Below, in pieces: positions 21,554-34,400 of a DNA stretch of 64,000 bases. How positions within the stretch are numbered: the stretch's first letter is position 1; each line of letters opens with the position of its first letter. The DNA lies in the NCBI GenBank assembly GCA_012295275.1, contig CM022670.1, positions 15,810,001-15,874,000 of the forward strand, written 5' to 3'. A program made the position numbers and the translations under genes. A model generated the notes under the pieces. The model did no database searches and was not told the DNA's origin. It saw nothing but the letters and a program-made list of their open reading frames with translations. The stretch is from Chrysomallon squamiferum (taxonomy: Eukaryota; Animalia; Mollusca).

Positions 21554-23026
21554 ATGTACGAAGAACTGATAGAGTTTATGTTAGCGATTCGTAAGATTCG
21601 TCACACTGTAAACCCTCCTGCTGAGGACTTGTCTTCTGCTGCATGTCACGAAAGCGACGCCAGCGACGAGGGCGAAGATGACAGATGGGCAGTCCTCCCG
21701 GACGTGTTGCTGGAGAACATCTTCACGAGACTGACGTACAAAGACAGACACAGAGCATCGCAGGTCTGCTGGAGGTGGAACGCAGCGTTCTATTCTCCCA
21801 GAGTGTGGGAGACGTTCACTCTTTACAATGGAACGCTGACTAGAAGAGTTTTCAAAACTGGTGACTTGAATCAGAAGGAACTAAGCGCAACGAAGGCACA
21901 GATGTGTTTAGCTAAAGTTGGATATTTGTTCAAAAATATTACTGTAACGGCTATCGATAATTTTTTTGATGTTTACGAATTTTTCCGCATCCTCATTCAA
22001 TTCATCCTCCACTTCGATGAATATCCTCTGCCATTACTCCATACATTTGACTTTACTTTCGCCTGCGAGTTCAGAGGTCTTTCAGGAGTCATCATTCATG
22101 GTACTGGAGGGAAAATATTAGATATTCTGAAGACTCTGCTTCGTAACATGAAAAATCTGAAACAAATTATGCTGCGGCAGTTACTTCTTGATACGGAAGA
22201 AGTGACTGGTCTATTTGATGCTGTTGCTAATAACATGGAGTTAACTCTGGAATCTTTGGAAATAATTAACTGTACAAAAGAGCCTTTTCCAGTTTTTGAG
22301 CTTTCTCGATTTTCAAGACTAACTCAGCTGACGATCACAGCGCAGCATTTAAACGACGAGATTGTCCAGGATCTTGCTGTGAATGGCTTACTAAGACTTA
22401 TCATTGTACAAGATCCATACACTACCCCAGCTGAACCGGTATCACGTGACTGCTGGACCTTCGTGAAAGAAATGGCTCCTTTTCTGAGAGTAACGCTTGA
22501 GATTCGTGGTCCGGTGAAACATGACCTTATCATCCAGCCTCGGGCTCCTGTGGATACCATCATCATCTCTTCGCCATATTCCGGGATGTCTCCTGCCTTT
22601 GCAGATTTCTTCATTACCAATTACCAAAACACACTGGAGATTCTTCTTCAGAAAAGCTTACCGAGGATTCACGGCTCGAGGTCATTTCATGATAGAAATG
22701 ACGTTTGTTTTCTGGATATTGTTCGAAGATGTCCCAGATTACACACTCTTGCTATAAGGGAGAGAATTTCTACTGCAACGTTATTACTTATAACTAAGGC
22801 AGGCAAATCACTGAATCACTTGATGATGAGGGAGAATGCATTGCTAAAAAAATGCGACTGGCCTAAATCCACAGAATGGTCAGATCAGTTTTATCAGTGG
22901 TTGAAAATAACAAGTCGTTCTTTCGAAATGACAAGTAGAGAGGTATCCAATATTCTAGGTTACCAGTGGAAACCTCTGAAAGACCGCGAATTTAAACAGA
23001 ACTACTGGTGGCATAGAGCAAATTAG
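21554..23026 (+). CDS. F-box protein, FBXO39/FBXO33-like with degenerate LRR-like C-terminus, paralog 1 (490 aa, single coding exon)
   Basis: 490-codon ORF in AT-rich DNA. F-box WAVLPDVLLENIFTRLTYKDRHRASQVCWRWNAAFYSPRVW and LRR-like segments (LESLEIINC, RCPRLHTLAI). Aligns by eye with the next ORF from the F-box to the C-terminus. Confidence 0.9.
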   Translation: MYEELIEFMLAIRKIRHTVNPPAEDLSSAACHESDASDEGEDDRWAVLPDVLLENIFTRLTYKDRHRASQVCWRWNAAFYSPRVWETFTLYNGTLTRRVFKTGDLNQKELSATKAQMCLAKVGYLFKNITVTAIDNFFDVYEFFRILIQFILHFDEYPLPLLHTFDFTFACEFRGLSGVIIHGTGGKILDILKTLLRNMKNLKQIMLRQLLLDTEEVTGLFDAVANNMELTLESLEIINCTKEPFPVFELSRFSRLTQLTITAQHLNDEIVQDLAVNGLLRLIIVQDPYTTPAEPVSRDCWTFVKEMAPFLRVTLEIRGPVKHDLIIQPRAPVDTIIISSPYSGMSPAFADFFITNYQNTLEILLQKSLPRIHGSRSFHDRNDVCFLDIVRRCPRLHTLAIRERISTATLLLITKAGKSLNHLMMRENALLKKCDWPKSTEWSDQFYQWLKITSRSFEMTSREVSNILGYQWKPLKDREFKQNYWWHRAN

Positions 23027-24199
23027 AAAGTGTAGAATCTTTTAGGTTGAGACATCTGACAAATTCATCGCCAGTGCTATGTTCCTTGGATCATGTTTAT
23101 TTCTAGGCGTAACATAAAACCATAGGGTTTCATTTTTTTTTTTCTTTTTTTTCTTTTTAGTTGTTTATTAATTAAATTTAAATGGTTTTATATAAATTGT
23201 TTTAATAGTTTGTTCATTAAGTTCAGTTCAATATCCAAGAAAGAACCATTTCCTATATGTTTTAAAGATTTTTTGAAGATTCGCCGTCTTTTTTTTTTTT
23301 TTTAACACATGCTAAACAGAATAAATGGAGTGGACAAAACTTTTGTTTCTTTTGAACGTGATATCCGCAGTGTTTTTGTCATTGTCTAAATGCCTTTTAT
23401 TTTATTTAATAAACAAACAATTTGACATTATTGAATTCACATATTTTTCTAAAGTCTTGTTTCTTCAACATGTTTTACGGGATGTTTTATGAAATAAAGA
23501 TATTTTTCAAGTTTTAATACTTTTCATTTATTTAATTTTATTTTAGGATGCCGTTACAAAAAAAAAAAAAAAAAAAAAAAAATAAATTAAAATAATGATA
23601 ACAAAAAATCAGTAGAATTGTATTATCATTATTATTGTTATTACTGCTATTACTACTATTACTTTTATTATTATTACTACTACTACTATTACTATTATTA
23701 TTGCTATTATTGTTGTTGTTATTGTTGTTACATTCATTTATTTATTATTACTTATTTCACCCATCTAAATTATTTTTACATTCAGAATCCACGTGCCTGC
23801 TAACAACCTAACACTAGCCGAAAGAGTTCTACAATGTCTGTAACAAGATTGCTAAAAATTACAACTGAAGCTATGATTGCAGTTTTTTTTTTTTTTTTTT
23901 TTTTTTTTTTCGTTTCTATCTACAAGGAATCAAACTAAATACATATTCGAAATCCTCATGACATTATGACAACAGAATTAATTTAATCTATTTTTACTTT
24001 TATTTTGAAACTTTGAAATAATATTACTTCGAAAATTTCATAATCTACATTACAAAATCGACTTGAGAAAATTAAAGAACCATAATTATTGCTTATAAAA
24101 TTTTGCTGACTTAATTAACATATCTTAGAAAACTTATACGTGTCCAAGTTATTAAAAAGTTAACTAGCTGTTTTTATTTTTTAATATTTTTATTTCTAG

Positions 24200-25645
24200 A
24201 TGGAATCTGATATTGTCAAACATCCAAGTTCTATGAAAAAATGGCGTATTACCCGGCAGTCCACAGAACCGGCTAATCCGAACTTATACCAGTACGACGA
24301 ATATAAGGACGACGATGAAGGAAAATGGATCGAATTGCCAGACATATTACTTGAAGAGATCCTGTCACTGATCATACCAAAGTATCGACACGAGGCTTCA
24401 CAAGTTTGCAAACGATGGTATTACACCTTCTATGCCACGCGGGTATGGGAAACATTTACGTTGCTGGAACGAACGTTGACAAAAAAAACTTACAGTATGT
24501 ACAAAGGCTGGACCCGGGAGCTTTGCGGAAGAAAAACTCAAGTGTGTTTGCTCCGCGTGGGTTCCTTGTTCAAACGAATAGTAATTCCGCCTCTAAGTGA
24601 TTTCTACAACTTGTACGAATTTCTCAGAGTTCTTAACTGTTTTTTTGTTTTTTATGAACATTTCCCCATGCCTCTACTACACACTTTTGAATTCACGTTT
24701 GCTTGTGAGGTTCGAGAAAGTACTGGCGTCAGCATTTATGGAACAGGAGGGAAAATTTTGGATATACTGAAAGCTGTCGTAGGCAACATGCGGAACCTGA
24801 AGCATTTGAAATTGAACAACTTGCTTCTGGATGTAAACGAAGTGTCTGGTCTTTTGGATGCTGTACTGACTCAAACAAGAGACTGCTTACAGACATTTGA
24901 ACTCTTGAATTGCTCGAAGGTTCCCCATCCAATTCCAGAGCTTGCTCAGTTTTCTAGGCTATCGAAATTAACAATCAGTGCGCAACACCTGGACGAGGAA
25001 GTGCTTCTTCTCATAGGTGGAATAGGTCTTGGTCACCTCTGCATTGTTCAGGACCCTTATACCTGTGATGCCGAACCGGTTTCTTCAGAAGCATGGAAGT
25101 TAGTTAAAGAGATGTCACCAAAGCTCAGAATAACTTTAGAGATCAGAGGTCAGTTGAGAAAAAAATATCTAATCCAGCCGCATGCTCCAGTATCGAGGAT
25201 AAAATCGTCAAGTCCATATTCTGTATTAACACCTGAATTTGCAAACACTCTTGTGAGATATTACAATAAGACTTTAGAGGTTTTCTCACAACGAAAGCTT
25301 CCTCGAGTTCACGGATCACGTTCGTTTCACGACAGAAGTGATTCATCATTTATACTACTCGTCAGACAGTGTCCACGCCTGCATACACTAATAATCAGAG
25401 AGAGGATATCGACAGCAACTCTGTTGTTGTTAACGTCGTTTGGCAAAAATCTTAAACACGTTCTAGTTAGGAAAAATGCTCTGATCAAGAAAGCTGACTG
25501 GCCAAAAGCTGACGACTGGAGTCCCGAATTCTATCGATGGTTGAAATCAAGTGCCAGATCTTTCGATGATGTGAATGCAGAAGTTTCAAAAATACTTGGA
25601 TATTCGTGGAGACCACTGCGAGATGAGGAGTTCAAGTTCTTGTAG
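24200..25645 (+). CDS. F-box protein, FBXO39/FBXO33-like, tandem paralog 2 (481 aa, single coding exon)
   Basis: F-box WIELPDILLEEILSLIIPKYRHEASQVCKRWYYTFYATRVW. Shares blocks PLLHTFxFTFACE, GTGGKILDILK, LPRxHGSRSFHDR, RERISTATLLL and ILGYxWxPL with paralog 1. Confidence 0.9.
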   Translation: MESDIVKHPSSMKKWRITRQSTEPANPNLYQYDEYKDDDEGKWIELPDILLEEILSLIIPKYRHEASQVCKRWYYTFYATRVWETFTLLERTLTKKTYSMYKGWTRELCGRKTQVCLLRVGSLFKRIVIPPLSDFYNLYEFLRVLNCFFVFYEHFPMPLLHTFEFTFACEVRESTGVSIYGTGGKILDILKAVVGNMRNLKHLKLNNLLLDVNEVSGLLDAVLTQTRDCLQTFELLNCSKVPHPIPELAQFSRLSKLTISAQHLDEEVLLLIGGIGLGHLCIVQDPYTCDAEPVSSEAWKLVKEMSPKLRITLEIRGQLRKKYLIQPHAPVSRIKSSSPYSVLTPEFANTLVRYYNKTLEVFSQRKLPRVHGSRSFHDRSDSSFILLVRQCPRLHTLIIRERISTATLLLLTSFGKNLKHVLVRKNALIKKADWPKADDWSPEFYRWLKSSARSFDDVNAEVSKILGYSWRPLRDEEFKFL

Positions 25646-28600
25646 AAATTTTATTACTAAATAATGTTATATTTTAATTTTAAAATTCCTTTTCTGATGA
25701 TTAAAAACAAACAACAACGATAGTTTTATTTAACGAAACACACGGTATTTTACATAATGACTATGAAGATAATAGATCTATTATTTTTCGATTAGTGGTA
25801 ATAAATCTTTTATATGCTTCTGTCCAACAAGCATGTAATCAAATGCTATGTTTTTAAATTTCGTTTTCTTCTTTTATAACATCTTTACGATGTCCACTAA
25901 TATTATATAAATTTATTGAGCTTGAACGATTTCAGCTGTTTAAATGACAAAACAGCTTGAGGATTTAATTAAATGAATATCATCATAGGGAACAATAACA
26001 GAGTCGCCCGAAACTCTCTAAAAGGTAGTCACACAATCCATTTATGTTTTGCGCTATTTTATGCTGGCACCTGCTTGTAGTCGTGTGCCTACGGGCGTCA
26101 TCAATAAATACGATAATTTAAAAATTATTTATTTTTGTCCAGTATAGCATGTTATTATGTGTTCTTCTTTTTCTTCTTCTTTGAAGGTTTCGTTTTAATT
26201 ATGTGTATGTTTTTGCCTTTTGGGCTGTTGTTGTCGTTTTGTATGGGTTTGCGGGCGAGTTTGTCTGAATTAAAATGTAGTTTGTGAACTCAAAAGTATT
26301 GTACAAAAAAGGTCTGGCAAATAGTAAGTAAGTTTCAGACTACATTTAAATTACATAACAAAGGAGATAAGACGGAAGAAAAATATTAATTATGTAAAAC
26401 AAATTATTTAATATTCTAACACTCATTCTCTTAACAAAACAACTCGAAAATCAACTAAAATTACTTTTTTTTATTCATTTGTAGATTGATTGATTGAGTT
26501 AGTCGAAGTATTTTTATTCATTCATTAATAACTATAGATTTTTTTCTTGCTAACAGCAAAAATGTAACATCTGCAGGATTTTATTCAAAACTGACATCCG
26601 TATTTCATTTCAGTCGAATAATTTTACTGACACGGACGTTTGTAGATTGTCATTCAGTACTGTTTTTTTTTTTTTTTTTTTTTTTTGTGCGTGTATGTGT
26701 TTCTATTACACTATCCCGTTTTTATTTTACACACCCACAATAACCGCTGCTAGGTGTAGTAGTAAATAATCTATTATGATTGTTTTCCTAAAAATAGTAT
26801 TTTCGTGTCGACAGTGTAGAAATTAATCCGGTATTCGTGACTTGTAGATTACATGGTTGTGACTTTTATTATAAGACCCATTATTGTTGACAGTAATTTT
26901 GTTGTTTGTATCAACGAGAGATCACGGAATTAGATGCACATTCAACATTGTTATAGATTTAATTTTGCACTAATAGACGGTCGTAATTTTGTTGTTGTTG
27001 TTTTAATTAAATAAAACAGGAATGATAAACCTGGGGATACAAAAGAGTACATTCTATTGGTTTTGTTATTCAGAACTTCATTATTATTTATTTATTTATT
27101 TTATTTTTTAATTTTTTAATTTTTTAAAATAAATAAATAAATGAATAACAATAACACGATTTATTTTGCTTTAGTATTCTCAACAGATTAATTCCACAGT
27201 AGACTGAAACTGTAGACACAAGATGGCAATATCAGCAAGGTTATCTATTATCCAAGCTAAGCCCAGTTGGACTGTATAAAAGACAAATGGTATTTTATTG
27301 CCAGCAAGAATTATATTTAATCATAAGCATGCCTAGCACATGTAATGTACACCAGAACAATGGTTTTCCTTACTGGGAAAAAACATCAGCTTAAGTTTAG
27401 AATTCGAAAAATGTAGAGTAAATTTATGATTTTAAATCACAATCAAATTCTATTTTAAAATATTCACTGAATGGTCTAAACATTGTAAAAACACAAAAAA
27501 TGAAGAATTGGTCTGTAAAATTACCAGAACTAATATGGCATACAATGACAGCCAACATTCACTGTTCTAATTTTCAGCTGGGACCCCATACTTGAAGTTA
27601 GTGCATTTCTGGGAAACCCTAACAGTGTCAATGGAATAGATTTTTGTGAATTTGTCACTGAGCATCCAGACTGAAAGAAGAATACGATAGGCAAGTCATG
27701 AAAAGAAACAGCAGGAATGAAAAAGATGATACAGGTTAATAAAATTGCCAGTTTTAGAGACCTACAACTGGGTGCCACAAAAATGATTATAGACATCTGG
27801 CATCCCAAAACATAAATTAATCAGCAAAAGACAATTTAATGTTTATATTACTGTTCCTCAGGAAGATATAATACATCAGTAAAAAATAATAAAGAAAGAA
27901 GAAAATGTTTCCCCCAAAAATCACAGTAACACATTTGATATTTCATTTCAGGATAAAGACACATTTTTCACATCTGAAAAAATAATAAATAAATAAATTA
28001 ATTAATTAATTAATAAACAATAAAAAATAAATGATCAGTAATTTCTAGAGCATAGGAATGACTCCCATTGGTCAAAAGGTCATGCAACAATAGGTCACTT
28101 CATTCCAAGAAACCGTTAGGACTGACTGCACATCATAGGATTCAAATATTGTGTTTATATATCTTAATATTTCATTGTTTTCAGCAGCTCTTTTGACACA
28201 TTTTTTTCTGAAAAAGATATATGCTTACTAATATTTGAAACTAGATTCCTTTTCTAGATTGGTCCAAAAATTAAATGAATATGTGCACAGCTTGTGCTTT
28301 AGTCTTGAGCAAATAAATGCATAGTTTAATCTCATCACTAAGGATTGTATTTATTTTTGCTCAAGTACATACTGTGTGATGACACTTTTGTCAGTAAATA
28401 GCATACTAAGGAATGATTTGTTCTTCTTCAAAAAAAAAAAAAAAACAATAAATGGTAGGATGTATGTGTGTCTATCTACACATATTCACTTCCTAAGCAA
28501 ACCACAATACATCATGAAGATTATACTATCAATATGGGATACAGTAGTTAAAAGGTTAGGTTTGAATGAAACTGTTAAGATTAAAAAAAACCTGTTATTT

Positions 28601-29475
28601 TTCACCAGATGATGCATTTATTCTGTAATTCAAGTTTTTCTAAATTATCTGCATTATTCAGTTAAGAAACTAATGTTGATGTTTTTCTAACAAAACAGTG
28701 ACAGACAAAAATCAATGCTGCTATTACAAGTATAATGTCAATTACTTTTATTAAAGTAACTGATGATCATTCTTGTAGTGACTAAGACAAGTACCTCTAG
28801 ACTCCAAAAATATGTAAGTTTGTGTCACTGTAAGAATTTACAAATTGATAAAATGTGGATTATGTTTGAAACTTTGTTATCTGAATTCGTATAATACTTG
28901 TGAAATTATAACAATAAATATTCAAATGCCTGATCTTAACTTACATGAAACAGTGAAAGCACACACTCTCACACACATATACACACAATATATATATATA
29001 TATTTAAACAGATAAAGCAAATTAGATTACATGATTAGAATTTTTTATTATTTTATTAATTACACAAACATGATTAGAAAACAAAATCAAACCTACCCAT
29101 AATAAAAAAAAGAAAAACAGTAAACAGTAAACCCACACAAAAAAAATATAAGAAAAAATATAAAACCTACCCAAAACACCACATTCTTATTGTAATGTAT
29201 TATATATAAAAATGTTTTAAGGACAATAAAATGAAGTTTAAAAAAAGTATGTAAATACATACTAGTAGAGACAATGAAAATACAAATGAACATAACTTTT
29301 TTAAGAAAACATAAAAGTTAACAATATCAGTTATGAAAAGGCTGATGCCCAAATGGCAATTATTTAAAAAAATATTTTTAAAATATTATTTTGAACAAAG
29401 ATGTATTTAATAGTATAAACTATAGTTTGCAGCAAATTCACCAGGCTGGTATCCAAGAGGGAACAAGGTTTAATA

Positions 29476-30139
29476 TCAAAGAATACCTGTGCATTAAAAA
29501 CACACCCAAAAACAAGTGATCGGGAAATAGCCAATTATTATTTTAATGATAAATTATTCTATCTTTCCAAAAAAAACAACATAAAATTAAAAAAAAAAAT
29601 AAAATAAATAAAATAAATATATTAATAAATAAATAAATAAATAAATAAAAAATGAATACAAATATGATAATAAGCAATAGTAAAATTTTTGGAGTACACA
29701 CAGTGATTTATTAAGGATATCCAATATTTGTAAGATTTTTTTTTTTTTTTTTTTTTTTTAACTGTGTTGTAGTGGAAATACTGGTAATTTGATAGAATTT
29801 TGTTTGTATATATTAAAATGTAATTGATGAACACAATATAACTGCTTATTTATATTATATATATTTTACAGTTTTTATGAAGAAATATTAAAATATGTTA
29901 TTATCAAAGATACCCATGCTTTAAAGAAAGTGAATGGAAAATAGCCAGTTACTATTTTAACATTAAATTATTCTGTTTCAATAAAAAAAAAAATATAAAA
30001 AATTTAAGAAAATAAAAATTAATCCTAAAATGATGAATAAACAACAGCAAAATTTCCGGAATACATAAAACGATATTTGTAAGATTTCTTTTTTTAACTG
30101 GGCCATATTATGTAAATACTGGTAATTTCATATATTTTC

Positions 30140-30171
<32 letters not shown>

Positions 30172-30270
30172 TACACACATATATATAAGTGATTTAAGTG
30201 ATAAATAATATAAATGGTTACTTATTTATATATATATATATATATATATTTTACAGTTTTATGAAAAATA
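29476..30270. repeat. Old diverged tandem duplication (~400-430 bp unit, 2 copies)
   Basis: Matching blocks in the same order: atcaaaga(a)tacc..aaatagcca.tta.tattttaa (29476/29903), atttgtaagattt..taactg..aaatactggtaattt (~29727/~30075), tatattttacagtttt (~29860/~30245). Confidence 0.7.
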
Positions 30271-30822
30271 ATCATAATGTAATTTCTTTTACAATATTTA
30301 CAAAACTAAAATTATTAATAATTATTCAAAAAATTATGCTTTTTTGTGAATTTAATCAATTATATGTGAAAAAAAAAAGAAAATAAACAAATTAACAATA
30401 TTAATTTATATTCAAAAGTTCTACCAACATACCAAGCAGCAACTGGCCCCAAATTAAAACTATTTTAGCCAGAATTAAAGCAGGACATCTTTGGCAAAGT
30501 ATACAATAAATTAAAACTTATAATTATTTAATTACTTGATCTATTTTCTAGACAATATTTCATATAAATTTAATTGTATAATTTAAAAAAAAAATTAAAA
30601 GTATCCAATTATCTGACATTAAAAATAAATAAATAAATAAATAAAATTAAAACACAACAAAAAACAACAACAGTTAATTAGAAAATGAATAAGCATGAAT
30701 TAAAAAAAATATATATTTCATTTATAGAAATTTTCTGGCTATGTGATTGCATTAGTATTATTTAGCATTTATCAGAGAAATTATACTATGTAGGAAAAGA
30801 TAATACCACAAATTACAGAGAC

Positions 30823-30920
30823 AAACAAACAAACAAACAAACAAACAAAAATAAAATAAAATAAAATAAAATAAAATAAAATAAAATAAAATAAAATAAA
30901 ATAAAATAATAATAATAATT
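30823..30920. repeat. (AAAC)n followed by (AAAAT)n microsatellite
   Basis: Directly visible. Confidence 0.9.
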
Positions 30921-31229
30921 AAAAAAATAATAAAATTACAAAGCTCAGGACAACTGATTTTAGGTGTGCATGTGTGTAGTGTTACAATGCTGTCCTGTTT
31001 TAGCTATTTTCCTTTGTTAGTACACTCTATTACTTCTTTTATTTTATTTTCACAATTTTGTTATATCAATAATTTTATTCTTAGAATTAAACCTTTTCAC
31101 TGAATTTAAACAAATTTGTTTTTTTAACAAACATAACTGAGCTAATGAAAAAAGACTACCTTTTCACATATATGAATAGTTTTATACAGTTAAATATATA
31201 AAAATAAATAAATATAATAATAATTTACA

Positions 31230-31445
31230 AAATCACATTTCTGCACATTTGTCTTTAGGTTAATATTAAATAACATAATTTACTTTCAACTATACATTTA
31301 AATATAAAGAAATAAATAAAGAGTTAATAATATACAAAATGAGTACATCACTTTTCTGCACTTTCTATCTTTTGGTTGGTCTTAAATAACATTACTGACA
31401 TTGAATACATTTAAATATATAGAAATAAACAAAGAGTTACTAATT
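31230..31445. repeat. Diverged ~115-bp tandem duplication just 3' of the CDC14 stop
   Basis: atcac.tttctgcac.tt...ttaaataacat...atacatttaaatata.agaaataaa.aaagagtta occurs twice. Confidence 0.7.
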
Positions 31446-34400
31446 TAAAAAACCAGTTTTTTACTTTCGACTGTGTCAGACAAATTATTTATATTCGAAA
31501 ATGAAGTCTTTTTTGTGTGGAGATATGGTGACCTGAAATGAGAGAGATCAATTATAAATTTTCTTTCAAACAATAATAATTATATATGTTTAAAAATTTA
31601 CATGCTATAAGAAAAAAATCACTGCAAGATGTTAAATGAAATCCATTCCTGAAATAGTGAGCACGTTATTAAAGGGTAAAGGGTATTTAATAGCATGACA
31701 AGAGGTCATATACAAGAAGATAGCATTTAGACATTTTAATCAGTGGGGTGAAGGGAGTAACATGGTGTGGGGCAGAATCAGTTATTGTCATCGAACAGCA
31801 CTTTGTATTTGCCATGGCAGAGTCAGTATCATTTACTGCTGGGATAATGTCTTGCAAAATTATATAATTCTCTTCTTTCGTCAGCTTAGAGATACACACA
31901 TCATGTATCATAACACGATATCTTGCCTAAAATAATGTTGTTTGGCTTGAATTGAAATAAATCTTACACAAGTGAAAAGCCTTAGAGATCTGGAACACAT
32001 ACTACAGCAGGAATGGAATGCTACTACAGAACACATTCACAGACTTGTCTTGGTTGTGCATTTTCAGTTATATACACAACACATGATCATATCTCTCATA
32101 GCTCTTATATTACCTGCTGTGAAATATTCACTTATAATTCATGTAAAAAGGTTCACATGAATCTGAACAGCTATACAATTATGTGAGAACCATTGTATAT
32201 GATTTCTTTACAAATCACAAGGAAGCTGACAATATCTGACTTACATCACTACAGGATTGTAAGAAATATTTGTGCAGATGGTTGTTTGATGGTTTGTGAA
32301 TCTCTGCGAAGAGTTTCCTCTTGTAATTCTTTGACTGAACAGCTAGGAGTTCACTTTTGTACCAAGGCCACGCCTGGAAGATAAATAAACATGGTTTGAA
32401 AATAATATTATTATTTTTGCTGACTGAAGTTTGAATTAGTACTGTTTAACAATAAATGTGGGTAAAGAAAAAACAAAAACAGCACAGAAATACTTTTATT
32501 ACTTCAAAAAATAAAACTGACTTCATTTATAAGAATCTTTAATACCATGCAAATGAAGAAAAATATGCTGACACTGTCATTTAATACTTGTATCACTTTT
32601 TGTTAAGATGTTATCACAGTTTAACATGAAGTGTCAAAACAAAAAGCAGACATTAAGACAGTAGCAACAATAATAACCGAAAAAATAACCCATAACAAAA
32701 CCATGCAGTTAATGATTTAATATAGATCATTAAGTACCAAATGAAAACATCCAATTTTATGGATACTGGGCTGCACATATGATTTTGATCTTTAGTACTG
32801 ACTGTAATTGTGATTCTCTATCATAGTCATAATACAATTTTTTTAAAAAGGCACATTTCATCTTAGACCTGTTATAAATATAGGTCACTAGAAATGTCAA
32901 ACTATAATATAAACTATTTTCAAACTATTTTCACCTAAGAGCTAGAAGATAAATGTCACTTTCATTTGATATTATTAAAAAATTATACATCAGCATCACA
33001 CAAAATTTCTTACCTGTATTTTGTATTGTAATGAGGATGGAAAAGCCAGGTATTTTGTTTGGACTTTCCAAAATTACTTCCATGAGAACCAAAAGTTTTT
33101 TTCAATCTTTTTGCTTGGTTTATTTCACTATCACTGAAACCAAAATTAGAAAACAATAATGACATTCATAACAAAATGATTACAAATAACACATGTACAA
33201 TAAACACCTTATTAAAATACTGTTAACATTAGTTTTCTTATCCTTTTCTGAAAAATTAGATTCAGAAGACATGTTTCTCAGAGATTTTTACAGAAAAAAA
33301 AAAAAAGGAATATAACCAGTCATTCCTTTAATTTATAGCTATTTAAATACATATGGTCACAGACACAAGTAAACTTGTTATCTAAAGAATCTAAATTTTA
33401 TATATTTCATAAAATCTTCTACCATTCTTCAAAGCAATACTTCAGGTGCAACATATACATGAGTATTTATGTTATCTAATCAAAATATAGGTAAAGTTTT
33501 CATCTATAATGTAAACAGAGGTGCAAACATAGATTCTTTTGATATTACAAAGGTATGAAAGTTTCATACTAATTTAGGGCACAATGTCGGCGTTTTTTCT
33601 TGTTCAATTTGTCGCCTTGGGTTTCTTCATTGTCACTGACTGCAGATGACTCGCAATATATCTAAAAATTAATTAAAAATAAATACATATATTTTATAAT
33701 CTAATAATTTTTCTTTCATTTCTAATAATAATCAGTGACATAAATCTCTCTCTGTGACTCATTTTTTTATACAACTTTTCCAAGTTAATTATTATTAATA
33801 ATTTTTTTTTATAAATGAATACTTATGTGAGAAATAGTTAAGAAAATAAAAACTGCTTCAAGAAATGTTTTCAAAGTGAAATGTTCTATATTACATTAAA
33901 CATAACACTTCATATAAACATCATCACAATAATAAATAAATCCGAGATTAAAATGGTCTTTCCAACACAGATATCTTGGTGTATGTTTTTCTTGACAAGG
34001 AATACTATTCACATTTTTGTTGTCTGAAGAAAAGATTTCCTGAACCCACAAGACAAATTTTGAAAGCCAAGGTCTGTTGTTCTTCCTGATTTCCTCCTCT
34101 CTGTATAAATCTCCCTCATGCCAAAGCCAGTCTTGCTTCCTGAAACAACAGTTTTATATATCTAACACTTTGTACACAAATCATTTTATTTCATTCTCTC
34201 TTTTTGTTTTTTTCTTGTTTTGTTCATTTGTAATAAAATTTTATTTCACAGAAATATTTTGGTAAAAAAAAGTTATATTTCACACTGTTTGCATGTTCAG
34301 TTAAGTAGAATTTACTAAGAAGAGCCCTATTTTAGGTAACTGTGATAACATTCCGACATACACATTTCATGTCTGTGTATGTATTATATATGCATGTATG

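Noticed and set aside
21322-23803. Poly-Phe (21322-21534) and poly-Tyr/Cys (23618-23803) ORFs
   Set aside because: Translations of poly(T) and degenerate (TAY)n microsatellites.
22324-25349. Short antisense or alternate-frame ORFs inside the F-box genes
   Set aside because: Shadows of the real coding sequence; no recognisable motifs and not shared between the paralogs.
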